Assembly: GCA_027859195.1 (NCBI GenBank) | Contig: JAQIBF010000171.1 | Span: 1-55,952, forward strand | DNA: 55,952 nt | From: Helicobacteraceae bacterium | GTDB lineage: Bacteria; Campylobacterota; Campylobacteria; Campylobacterales; Sulfurimonadaceae | Direction of reading: 5' to 3' | Shown here: positions 29,340-39,049 of the stretch, piece after piece | Position numbering within the stretch: the stretch's first letter is position 1 | Layout of the letters: every line of letters begins with the position of its first letter | Translations under genes and position numbers: made by a program | The notes under the pieces: generated by a model | Databases searched by the model: none | What the model saw: only the letters and a program-made list of their open reading frames with translations | What the model was told of the DNA's origin: nothing

Positions 29340-29394
29340 GTCATATAGCAGTACAGCCCCGCTGAAGTCCAGCCTTATGGCTGCGTTTTAACAG

Positions 29395-30051
<657 letters not shown>

Positions 30052-30125
30052 CTAATTATTATGATGGTGCAATTATACAAGAACGCACTTTAATCAAGGG
30101 ACGTGGCCTTAACAGCTAAGTTGCA

Positions 30126-30950
30126 TTGAAACCATATGTTCGAATCTTCAAGCAGAGCGCTTACTTGGCTTTTGTTAAAAACCAGATGTATGCACAGTTC
30201 TACTTACTGGGATTTATAGGTGTCCTGACCACGCTGATATTCTCATTGCTAAGCTACTTTTCTCTGGTAGATCCGAGTCAGAATATAGCGTATATATTTG
30301 AACTAAGCATTATCTTCGAGGTGAGTGTCTTCTCGTTCGCACTCTCATACAAACATAAGGAGGTGACGCTCGCTTTACAGCAGAACGAACTGCTCTTCAA
30401 AGAACTTTCGCATAGAGTGAAAAACAATCTGCAATCCATTATCAGTATTTTGACACTTCAAAGACCACATCTGAAAGAGCCCCTGTTAAAAGAGTATATG
30501 CAAGAGACCATCAAACGGATATGTTCCATCTCCTTGATCCATGAAAAACTTCAAGAGAGCGATGCGGTTGCAAAAGTCGCACTCAGCAGCTACTTGGAGA
30601 GCCTTTCAAATGAGTTTAAATCGTTCAACGCCAAACTGGAGATTGACGTCTCATGCGACAGTGACCTTTACTTAGGCGTTGAAAAGACAACGCCACTGGG
30701 TCTGATCATAAATGAGTTGATCTCAAACTCCGTCAAACACGCCTTTGATGATATACAAACCTCTAAGATCGAGATCAGTTTGGTTAAAAACGGGCAAGAG
30801 TACACGTTTACCTATAGTGACAACGGAAAGGGCTACGTCAATGCGACAGAGTCCTTAGGCGCACTGCTCATCAAAACACTGAGTGAGACCCAACTCAAAG
30901 GGATCTATACTATCTCTTCTGACGAGCAGTATTGTAAGAGACTATTTTGA
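30126..30950 (+). pseudogene. N-terminally truncated HisKA_2-type sensor histidine kinase
   Basis: ELSHRVKNNLQ, NELISNSVKHAF, DNGKG; only the last two TMs of a sensor region are present; TTG start without a clear RBS. Confidence 0.6.
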
Positions 30951-31171
30951 CGAGCATAACCGGCAATCAGCTTGAAGATATAGCTTATGACCTCAACAAT
31001 TGATAGAGAAGTTTCTAACGTCAAAAGCAGATCTCTCTTGCGCTAATGCTTGATGCACTGAGGGCCTTAGATGACATCATCAAATGATAAACTATCTGCA
31101 TGCAACACACCTTGTTTAACCGATGTTGTTTTGATTTTGGCATAATCTATTATCAAATCTATAGGATACCT

Positions 31172-31936
31172 ATGTCAACAATTATCACCATTATCTTTCT
31201 CTTTTTAATCTTCAGATGGATCTTTAACAGCTACAAACGTTTTCAACGCCACTACTACACCCAGGGGCAGTTTCAAAATACCTCTCTGACCTACGAAGCC
31301 GTTGCGAATTCCGAACTGGGTGTCTTTGTAGCACTCGTTGCCAAGGTCGCCAAAGCAGACGGACGGGTTCATGAACTCGAAGCGGAGCTGGTAAGCAATA
31401 TGTTCGGCGACATCTCTAAAGCGTTTGGCGAATCCCACAAAGAGAAAGTGCGGGAGATCCTCAAAGAGGTCTTTAATCGTGAAAAAGAGATTGTCCGCAA
31501 TGTTGATATGCTTGCTTCGAAACTTCAAGCCCTTACCCGCGGTGACAAACAGAAACGACTGATGATGATCACCTTCTTGATCAACCTGGCCTACATCGAT
31601 GGAGAACTTTCTCATGCCGAAGAGAACCTCATCATCAAGATCGCGGCCTTTATAGAGATCAGCGGTGCAGAAGTAGAGGGCATCATGCAGCGTTTTGCCT
31701 CTATGTTTAACGGTAATGCCAGCCAGAGCAGTGTCAGTGATGCCTATGCAGTGTTAGGTGCCAGCCGGGATGATGATCTTGGTACGATCAAGAAAAAGTA
31801 TCGTGCACTTGTCAAAAAGTACCACCCGGACATCATGAAAGCAAAAGGGGCATCAGAAGAATACATCAAAGATGCGACCCAAAAAGTACAGAAGATCAAT
31901 ACCGCCTATGAGATGGTTAAAAAAGAGAAAGCTTAA
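31172..31936 (+). CDS. djlA: DjlA-like co-chaperone (TerB + J domain)
   Basis: N-terminal TM, AKVAKADGRV, KKYHPD J-domain motif. Confidence 0.88.
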   Translation: MSTIITIIFLFLIFRWIFNSYKRFQRHYYTQGQFQNTSLTYEAVANSELGVFVALVAKVAKADGRVHELEAELVSNMFGDISKAFGESHKEKVREILKEVFNREKEIVRNVDMLASKLQALTRGDKQKRLMMITFLINLAYIDGELSHAEENLIIKIAAFIEISGAEVEGIMQRFASMFNGNASQSSVSDAYAVLGASRDDDLGTIKKKYRALVKKYHPDIMKAKGASEEYIKDATQKVQKINTAYEMVKKEKA

Positions 31937-32418
31937 GCGTCTATCTCATCTTCAAAGTCAATGGAGAGAATCCATTCGTAAGGGATAATGGCATTTTTAT
32001 CTTTCATCTCCACAAGATAGAAGTGGCTGTAAAACGGAATCAACTCCTCTGAAAAAAGCCCTGTTGCTGCCACATCTTCACACCGCATCTTTCGCAATAC
32101 CTTGGCGCTTTTAAACGTCTGCATATAACTGCCTTCAACTTCTTCTGCAAATTCAACACTGTCGCCCATACGTATCAGTTTCGCTTTTGCCGGTTGCATA
32201 AACCGATAAAAACGGTTTTGCAGGAAAAAAGCGACTGCTAATATAATAATTTCACCTCCACTCCAAAGCGCATGCACTGCAAAGGCGATAAAAAATGCCA
32301 TTATCCACCACACCACTGTTACAACCAGTTTGTATTGTGTAAAAACAACAAGCCTGATTGAAAGCCACATCGACGTTATATAAAGCCAGAAAAGTTTTTT
32401 GTTCAAAAGAAGGTCCAT
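31933..32418 (-). CDS. Hypothetical membrane protein
   Basis: 161-aa ORF with N-terminal TMs. Confidence 0.6.
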   Translation of the reverse strand: MDLLLNKKLFWLYITSMWLSIRLVVFTQYKLVVTVVWWIMAFFIAFAVHALWSGGEIIILAVAFFLQNRFYRFMQPAKAKLIRMGDSVEFAEEVEGSYMQTFKSAKVLRKMRCEDVAATGLFSEELIPFYSHFYLVEMKDKNAIIPYEWILSIDFEDEIDA

Positions 32419-32508
32419 TATTTTATTATTACGACTACATTATACAAAACAAGTCTTCCTTCAAAAGAAAGAAGTTATGATTTCCCTCTAAATTTAGCAG
32501 GGAACACC

Positions 32509-33732
32509 ATGAACACAGACACAACAACCGAGATCAACACCTCCATCACTACAAACACCATTTCCGAAGTTACCGATGTGACCAAGATGACGCATGCACT
32601 GCATGATTCTGTTGCTGGGATGATTCTTGACAAACTTCCAATTTCGGACAATGTCATACAGGTTGTCAAACTCAATTTTGTCGGTAATGCTCTGGGCACG
32701 TGGTTCTCAGCTCTCATTATATTTGTCATCTTTTTACTCCTGCGTAAACATCTGACCACTTTGATCACCCTCATGGCCCTTAAATGGGTTAGCAGAACAA
32801 AGACTCAACTCGATGATGAGATACTCGATATTCTTCAACGCCCGATAGCATTCGGAATGATCATCCTGGGATTTAATGTAGCGTTCAGCTTTTTGACCTT
32901 TAGTGAGAGTTTCTCAACCATGATCTCCAACACCCTCTCAACACTCACTACTGCCCTTTTTGCCTGGGTTTTATACCAGATAGTCAAACTGTTTCAAAGT
33001 TCGGACGAGTTGATCGCTACCCGTTTTAAAACCGGCAATGGCATAACCCTTGCAAAACTGCTGCTGACCATTTTAAAAGTGATCATCCTGATCATTGCAG
33101 GTATGGACATTCTCTCGATCTGGGGAGTCAACATTACAGGATTTGTGGCCTCTCTCGGTCTTATCGGTATGGCCTTTGCTCTGGCCGCAAAAGATACTGC
33201 CAGCAACTTTTTCGGATCAATGGTCATCTTTACCGATCAACCCTTTAAGGTCGACGACTGGATCAAGACGCCGGAGGTCGAAGGTATTATTGAGCATATC
33301 GGTATCCGCTCCACCAAAGTAAGGACATTTGCCCGTGCACTTGTCAGTGTTCCTAACGGTAATCTAGCCGATACCGCTATCTTAAACTGGTCAGAAATAA
33401 ACAAGCGCCGAATCAAAATGACACTCGGCTTGACCTACAGTACCACTTCGGCTCAAATGCGACAGATACTCGAAGATATCCGCACACTGCTCAACAGTGA
33501 TGAAGAGATACACCAGGAGACCATCTATGTCCATTTCACTGAGTTCCAGGATAGTGCTCTCGGTATCTTCTGCTATTTCTTTACCAAAACGACCAACTGG
33601 GGCGAATACATGCAGGTCAGAGAGCGTATCAATCTTGAGTTGATGTCCATTGTCGAAAAAAACGGTGCCAGCTTTGCTTTTCCATCCCAGTCGCTTTATG
33701 TAGAAAGCATGCCTGAGAACACGATGCTTTAA
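32509..33732 (+). CDS. MscS family mechanosensitive channel
   Basis: ALAAKDTASNFFGS, DQPFKVDDWI, IGIRSTKVR, AFPSQ. Confidence 0.92.
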   Translation: MNTDTTTEINTSITTNTISEVTDVTKMTHALHDSVAGMILDKLPISDNVIQVVKLNFVGNALGTWFSALIIFVIFLLLRKHLTTLITLMALKWVSRTKTQLDDEILDILQRPIAFGMIILGFNVAFSFLTFSESFSTMISNTLSTLTTALFAWVLYQIVKLFQSSDELIATRFKTGNGITLAKLLLTILKVIILIIAGMDILSIWGVNITGFVASLGLIGMAFALAAKDTASNFFGSMVIFTDQPFKVDDWIKTPEVEGIIEHIGIRSTKVRTFARALVSVPNGNLADTAILNWSEINKRRIKMTLGLTYSTTSAQMRQILEDIRTLLNSDEEIHQETIYVHFTEFQDSALGIFCYFFTKTTNWGEYMQVRERINLELMSIVEKNGASFAFPSQSLYVESMPENTML

Positions 33733-33872
33733 GAGTACTCTAAAGGCCGGTCAAACGCATTTTGCACACACAATGACTACACAATCCGAGCCTACTGTTA
33801 TACAGGTGCAATGGTTCGCTATTTTAAGAGTCATTCACCTATAATTGACCCACTAATCAACAAGGATTTCAA

Positions 33873-34466
33873 ATGAACAAGATCTTAATCTCATCGGCAC
33901 TTGCCACACTTATGGCAATCACTTTTAGCGGTTGCAGCGACAAAGAAGCTGAACCTGCAAAAAAGCCGATAGCGATCACAGAATGTACCATTGACAAAGC
34001 AGATGCACCAAAATGGGCCTGTGGAATTGTGGAAGGGTATGATGAGATGTACACCTCTACAGGCACCGCCAAAATGTCAAAGGCCGGAGCAGGTTTCACA
34101 CGTAAAAACGCACTTGCCGACGGTCGTTCGAACCTTTCGCAACAGATCGAAACACTGGTAAAAGACAAAGTGGAACGATTTACACGTTCTACAGGTATTG
34201 CTGAAGATGAGACAGTCGACACTGTTTCAACCCAAGTCTCAAAACAAGTCGCAAAAGTGACCCTCAACGGTTCAAAGCAGCTTGCCTATTGGCAGCATCC
34301 TGAAAATGACGATATCTACCTTTTAGTAGGCGTGACACAAGAGAGTGTCAACACGTCGGCAAAAGAGAACGTCATCTCAAGTTTCAAAAACCAAGATGCA
34401 CTTTGGCAGCAGTTCCAGGCTAAAAATGCGCTAGAATCCCTTGACAAAGAATTTGAGACAAAATAG
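33873..34466 (+). CDS. LPP20 family lipoprotein
   Basis: FSGC lipobox, APKW, A.ADGR..LSQQI, V.TVSTQVS. Confidence 0.8.
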   Translation: MNKILISSALATLMAITFSGCSDKEAEPAKKPIAITECTIDKADAPKWACGIVEGYDEMYTSTGTAKMSKAGAGFTRKNALADGRSNLSQQIETLVKDKVERFTRSTGIAEDETVDTVSTQVSKQVAKVTLNGSKQLAYWQHPENDDIYLLVGVTQESVNTSAKENVISSFKNQDALWQQFQAKNALESLDKEFETK

Positions 34467-34472
34467 AGATCA

Positions 34473-34496
34473 TTCCCAGGCTTAAGTGCTTGGGAA
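34473..34496 (+). terminator. Hairpin downstream of the LPP20 gene
   Basis: ttcccaggc / gcttgggaa stem; no strong U tract. Confidence 0.45.
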
Positions 34497-34572
34497 GGGA
34501 TACCTGCTACTTCACTGCCCACTCCATTACATCTGTACTCTGACAAAAAATACATTTAAGTAGAAATTTAGA

Positions 34573-34723
34573 TATAATTCCGGCAACAATACCTTAGTTA
34601 AGGTTAGGCAGGTTTTCATCCTTTATTGAAAACACCGTAAAAGCAACAGGTTTTTACACAAGCGATTTCTAAACGACTTTCTTGGCCTACTCTCTCCTAA
34701 GCACCTAAACACAAAGAAATACT
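34573..34723 (+). promoter_or_regulatory. sigma70 -10 box (TATAAT 34573-34578) and structured ~140-nt 5' leader of der
   Basis: Stems taggc/gccta, gttttca/tgaaaac, gtaaaagc/gtttttac, caag/cttg. Confidence 0.5.
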
Positions 34724-36307
34724 ATGAAAAAACTAGCCATTATTGGTCGTCCAAATGTGGGTAAAAGCTCATTTTTTAATCGTCTGCTTAAACAGCGTGA
34801 TGCGATCACTTCTGAACAAGCGGGTACAACACGTGACGTCAAACGCCGTGTCCTTCAACTCAATGAAAAAGAGGTCGAGATCTTAGATACAGGTGGACTT
34901 GACCAGGGTAACGAACTTTTTGACGCTATCAAAAAGATGTCGGTCAAGGCCGCTAACGAAGCAGATATCATCTTGTATATGGTAGATGGTAAAAGTCTTC
35001 CTGAAAAGGTAGACAGAGACTTCTTCTATGAGCTTCAAAAAAAGGGCAAGACAATGGCCCTTGTTGTCAACAAAATCGACAACGACAAGATGATGGAAAA
35101 AGTGTGGGAATACTATGAGTTCGGATGCGACAACATCTTTGGTATCTCTGTCTCGCACAACCGTCATATCAATGCCCTGCTGCAGTGGATAGAAGACCAG
35201 CTTCCTGAAAAAGAGAAGGTCGCAGCACCTCTCATGGCTGAAGAGAGTGATACGACTAAAGAGATCGACTCCCTCGAAGAAGAGTACATTGAAGATGATG
35301 AGGTTGAAGAAGAGGATGACGAATTCGAAGATGATGACGAGTTGGAAGAAGAGCCCGAATTTAAAGATGATGACGGCTACTTTGTACCACGCGAGGACTA
35401 TGACTTTCAGCAAGAGGTCCTAACTGCCGACGAAGAGGTCTTTATTGATGACTCTGTCTTTGGTCCAAATGACAACGTACGTGAGTTCGATGAAACCGTT
35501 CTAGGAAAGATGCGTGTTGCCATCATCGGCCGGGTCAATGTCGGTAAAAGTTCCCTTCTGAATGCCCTGCTAAACGAAGAGCGCTCTGTTGTCAGTTCTG
35601 TCGCCGGAACAACAATTGATCCTATTGATGAGACCATCGAATATCAGGACAAAGAGATCACTTTTATCGACACTGCCGGTGTTCGTAAACGCGGAAAGAT
35701 CCTTGGTATAGAGAAGTTCGCGCTGATGCGTACTGAAGCGATGCTCGAAGACGCGGACATCGCCCTGCTCGTCCTTGACGCTTCGGAGCCGTTTAAAGAA
35801 CTCGACGAGAAGATTGCCGGACTTGTCGACAGTAACCGTATGGCCTGTCTGATCGTTCTGAACAAATGGGATCAGGTCGAGGGAGAGGATTTCGCTAAGA
35901 TCACACAGGAGATCCGTGACCGTTTTAAGTTCTTGCATTATGCACCGATTATTACTATCTCGGCAAAAAGCGGCCAGCGTGTACAAAAGATCTTCGATAA
36001 ACTCATCGAGATCAATGACAACTTCTCGCAGCGTATTCCTACTGCTAAGCTTAATGAGGCTTTGGAGTGGGCACAACGCAAACACCACCTGCCGTCAATG
36101 AAGGGTCAGATGATCCGTATCTACTATTCGACCCAGTACGACATCCGTCCACCTCAGATAGCACTGATCATGAACAAGCCAAAAGGGCTGCACTTCACCT
36201 ACAGACGCTACCTGACCAATCAGCTTCGAGAAGCCTTCAACTTTGAGGGCGTGCCTATCTTGTTTAAAGCAAAAGCTAAAAATGAGAAGCGCAAGCTAAA
36301 ACGCTAA
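34724..36307 (+). CDS. der: Ribosome biogenesis GTPase Der (EngA)
   Basis: Two G domains (GRPNVGKS/DTGG/NKID; GRVNVGKS/DTAG/NKWD), KH-like C-terminus, long acidic linker. Confidence 0.97.
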   Translation: MKKLAIIGRPNVGKSSFFNRLLKQRDAITSEQAGTTRDVKRRVLQLNEKEVEILDTGGLDQGNELFDAIKKMSVKAANEADIILYMVDGKSLPEKVDRDFFYELQKKGKTMALVVNKIDNDKMMEKVWEYYEFGCDNIFGISVSHNRHINALLQWIEDQLPEKEKVAAPLMAEESDTTKEIDSLEEEYIEDDEVEEEDDEFEDDDELEEEPEFKDDDGYFVPREDYDFQQEVLTADEEVFIDDSVFGPNDNVREFDETVLGKMRVAIIGRVNVGKSSLLNALLNEERSVVSSVAGTTIDPIDETIEYQDKEITFIDTAGVRKRGKILGIEKFALMRTEAMLEDADIALLVLDASEPFKELDEKIAGLVDSNRMACLIVLNKWDQVEGEDFAKITQEIRDRFKFLHYAPIITISAKSGQRVQKIFDKLIEINDNFSQRIPTAKLNEALEWAQRKHHLPSMKGQMIRIYYSTQYDIRPPQIALIMNKPKGLHFTYRRYLTNQLREAFNFEGVPILFKAKAKNEKRKLKR

Positions 36308-36315
36308 CTCTCCTC

Positions 36316-36335
36316 TAAAGCCTTAACTGGCTTTA
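36316..36335 (+). terminator. Hairpin after der
   Basis: taaagcc/ggcttta stem 9 nt after the stop. Confidence 0.45.
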
Positions 36336-36370
36336 CCTTCATACAATTACACCCCATGGGTTGAATCTCC

Positions 36371-36655
36371 AATAAGTAATATCAGCCAAGCAGCCACCTC
36401 TGGGAAGATCGCTATAGATCCAAATACATCACTTCCGAATCATATCTATAGACACTGGCAGCTTCTCTTTTGAATGCAAAAGCCTACCAATCCTACTGCA
36501 AGGTATCAATACTCAATAAAGAGTTCGACATACAAGCACTCACGGAGTTGCTTGACGTACCGGTGTCAGAGGAGATAAACTATCTAAGAAAAATGCAGAA
36601 GGAAAAAATAGAGAAAACCAACAAGGGTATAAAAGTAAAGAAAAAGGAGGTCTGG
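36371..36655 (+). pseudogene. Degraded RAYT/Y1-type transposase fragment
   Basis: One frame reads NK*YQPSSHLWEDRYRSKYITSESYL*TL..., matching the N...R.GHLWQ.RY.S motif of Y1 transposases, with stops and apparent deletions. Confidence 0.55.
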
Positions 36656-36781
36656 GATAACTATAACTACTTCAAGACCGCTTCGTTTTACCTCGTGCCA
36701 AAGCTATCAGACCGCTGGTAAAAAAACACAAGTCAACAAAGTATTCAGTTACGTTAAAGTATCGTATTTTAGAGGCGTTAA

Positions 36782-36840
36782 TGGTGCGCCCGACACGATG
36801 TGAACGTGTGACCGCAAACCATGCGCTATAGCTGGGGTGC
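36782..36840 (-). pseudogene. Degenerate tRNA (probably tRNA-Val GAC) relic
   Basis: Minus strand ends GGTC-ACACG-TTCACAT-CGTGT-CGGGCGC-A-CCA (T arm, acceptor 3' strand, CCA). The 5' part is collapsed (GCACCCC AGCT ATAGCG CATGGT). Confidence 0.55.
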
Positions 36841-36857
36841 AAGAGTTGTAAGATTAA

Positions 36858-37289
36858 CTAAAACGGTTTAACAATTACCATAGCAACAATGATCAGAAGC
36901 AAGATAGTCGGGCCTTCATTATAGAACCTGAAGAACTTTCCGCTTTTTGTGCAGTTATCATTGAGCAGTTTCGTGCGGTAGTACCCCATGGAGAAGAAGT
37001 ATGCGATCAAGATCGCTACAAAGAATAGCTTGACATGGAACCAGCCGCCCGTTGCAAAGATGTTGGTCGGGTACATGAAGATAAGCGCTATACCCGAGAT
37101 GAGTGTCGCCCAGAAGGCCGGTATACCAATGTATTTATAGATCTTCATCTCCATCACTTTTACGACCTCAATAAAACCTGCGTTATCCGCATTTTCTACA
37201 TGATAGACAAACAGACGAGGCAGATAGAAGAGTACTGCAAACCACGAGACCATCGAGATGATGTGAAACCATAACATCCATTGATACAT
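36858..37289 (-). CDS. hemJ: Protoporphyrinogen oxidase HemJ
   Basis: WFHIIS..SWFA.LFYLPRLFVYH, W.HVKL, FR.YNE.PT, KPF; AAGGA RBS. Confidence 0.93.
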   Translation of the reverse strand: MYQWMLWFHIISMVSWFAVLFYLPRLFVYHVENADNAGFIEVVKVMEMKIYKYIGIPAFWATLISGIALIFMYPTNIFATGGWFHVKLFFVAILIAYFFSMGYYRTKLLNDNCTKSGKFFRFYNEGPTILLLIIVAMVIVKPF

Positions 37290-37299
37290 AATTAATCCT

Positions 37300-37929
37300 T
37301 TAAAAGTTTTTTTCCAGTGTGACCATATTATAGTTTGAACCACCATGGACCCCGTTGAAAAGTCCAAAAACACCCGAACGGTGTTTTAACGTATATCCCA
37401 AATAGAGGTTTTCCATACTTTCGATTTTAGACAATCGCCCGACATCAAAATCAACCGAGACATCAAGATAATTTAGAAATTTAGCAGTAGGGTCAACAGT
37501 ACCATCCTCGTTTGTGGCATCAATAATCTCAACCTCCGGAATCTCCTCTGCAAGTGAAAGCCCCTCGCCTAAACCTATACGAACACGGTTTTTCCAAAAA
37601 TCCAGCTTGAGATACACTTTGACATAGAGTGTTGCTTCTAAAACATTATCCTGATACCCATTTTCACCAAAATACGAGATACCGCCCTTAAGGTACCAAT
37701 CAAAAGGCAAATCCTGCATGTTATGAACAAAACGGTACCCACCATCAAGGTTAATAGCATAATTGTCTCCGCTATAACGTTGCCAATCACCCATCAAGAT
37801 CTCGCCTAGGTCATTGAGGTCAGCATAACCACCGCCCAAACGAAGAGAATAAGGGTTATTCTCTTCGCGCACTTCTTGCGCAGAAAGTATTGTCAAAAAA
37901 AAGGTAAGGAGTAATAGTAAAAGACGGAT
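37300..37929 (-). CDS. Outer-membrane beta-barrel protein (PagL/acyloxyacyl-hydrolase-like); start apparently ATC
   Basis: GEGLS, LNYLD, KHRSGVFG...GGSNY and C-terminal F; the hydrophobic signal peptide extends in frame to ATC at 37929, 7 nt after GAGGA. Confidence 0.6.
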   Translation of the reverse strand: MRLLLLLLTFFLTILSAQEVREENNPYSLRLGGGYADLNDLGEILMGDWQRYSGDNYAINLDGGYRFVHNMQDLPFDWYLKGGISYFGENGYQDNVLEATLYVKVYLKLDFWKNRVRIGLGEGLSLAEEIPEVEIIDATNEDGTVDPTAKFLNYLDVSVDFDVGRLSKIESMENLYLGYTLKHRSGVFGLFNGVHGGSNYNMVTLEKNF

Positions 37930-37931
37930 GG

Positions 37932-37960
37932 ATAATTCCTCGAATAAAGTGAGGAATTAT
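37932..37960. repeat. Perfect 10-bp inverted repeat between trxC and the OMP gene
   Basis: ataattcctc / gaggaattat. Confidence 0.6.
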
Positions 37961-37979
37961 AACGAAAGAGTCTTGGTAT

Positions 37980-38414
37980 TTATGCAATAACCTGACTAAC
38001 CCACTGCTTGATCTGATCAACATTCAATGCACCGGATTGGCGGGCAACTTCCTTGCCATTTTTAAAAATGATCATCGTCGGAATAGAACGTATCCCAAAC
38101 TTCGCCGCCGGGGATTGATGCTCTTCAGTGTTGAGTTTTGTAAATCGCACTTTTAGAGGGAAGGTTTTGGCCGCCTCCTCAAATGCTGGTCCCATTATCT
38201 TGCAAGGACCACACCACGGTGCCCAGAAGTCAACAACCACGGGAATATCACTGTTTACCAGATGCAGGTCAAAGTTTGATGATGTCAATTGTAGGGGAGT
38301 GGTCTCTAAAAGTGACTTCTTGCAGTGTCCGCAGTTTGCCTTGTTATAGCTCTCTTTCTTTGGAATAGCATTGACTTTGTCACAGTGTGGGCATACGATT
38401 TTAATTTTTTCCAT
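37980..38414 (-). CDS. trxC: Thioredoxin 2 with zinc finger
   Basis: CPHC...CGHC plus WAPWCGPC. Confidence 0.93.
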   Translation of the reverse strand: MEKIKIVCPHCDKVNAIPKKESYNKANCGHCKKSLLETTPLQLTSSNFDLHLVNSDIPVVVDFWAPWCGPCKIMGPAFEEAAKTFPLKVRFTKLNTEEHQSPAAKFGIRSIPTMIIFKNGKEVARQSGALNVDQIKQWVSQVIA

Positions 38415-38489
38415 TTGAAATCCTTCTTAGGGCACCTCTAAAAAATACGACTTGGGTAAAAAGCAGTCGGATGACTGCTATGTGAGGGG

Positions 38490-38843
38490 TTACGCTTCTT
38501 CTTCTTCTATTTCTACTTCTTCATCTACGTTAAGACCTTTGATACCCGCACCGCGGCGTGTTACATCTTTGTCATGCATACGACGAAGTGCTTTAGCTGC
38601 ACGATCCACTGCCAAGTCGATAGCTGCATCCAAGTCTTTATCTTCTTGATTGATAACAACTGGTGTGTGATGTGCAATATTAAATTCAAACTCAACACTA
38701 ACTCCAGTGTTTGCTTTAGCAATAACAATATTAGTTGATATGATATCTAAACCATATTTTTTGAACTGATCCATTGCTGCGTTTAGGTGTGTTTTATTAT
38801 GTTCGCTTAGTGTAATATCTTTTGCTCGAATCTGAACGCTCAT
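38490..38843 (-). CDS. hpf: Ribosome hibernation factor / RaiA family (short form)
   Basis: QIRAKDITL, DLDAAIDLAVDRAAKALRR.HDK. Confidence 0.85.
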   Translation of the reverse strand: MSVQIRAKDITLSEHNKTHLNAAMDQFKKYGLDIISTNIVIAKANTGVSVEFEFNIAHHTPVVINQEDKDLDAAIDLAVDRAAKALRRMHDKDVTRRGAGIKGLNVDEEVEIEEEEA

Positions 38844-39049
38844 CTTCTATCCTTTTTTCTTGATATATTTAGAATATCATATCTATTCTAATAAATGATT
38901 TATAGAATGCCCCTCCAATATCAAATAATGCAATTTAGAGGCTAATTGGCTATAATTGCGCATTCAAAGAACCCTTTTCATCTATTACTAATAGATAATC
39001 TAACTTAGTTTCCAATTCAGTTATGAGGGTCGTATACAAAGGAATCATC

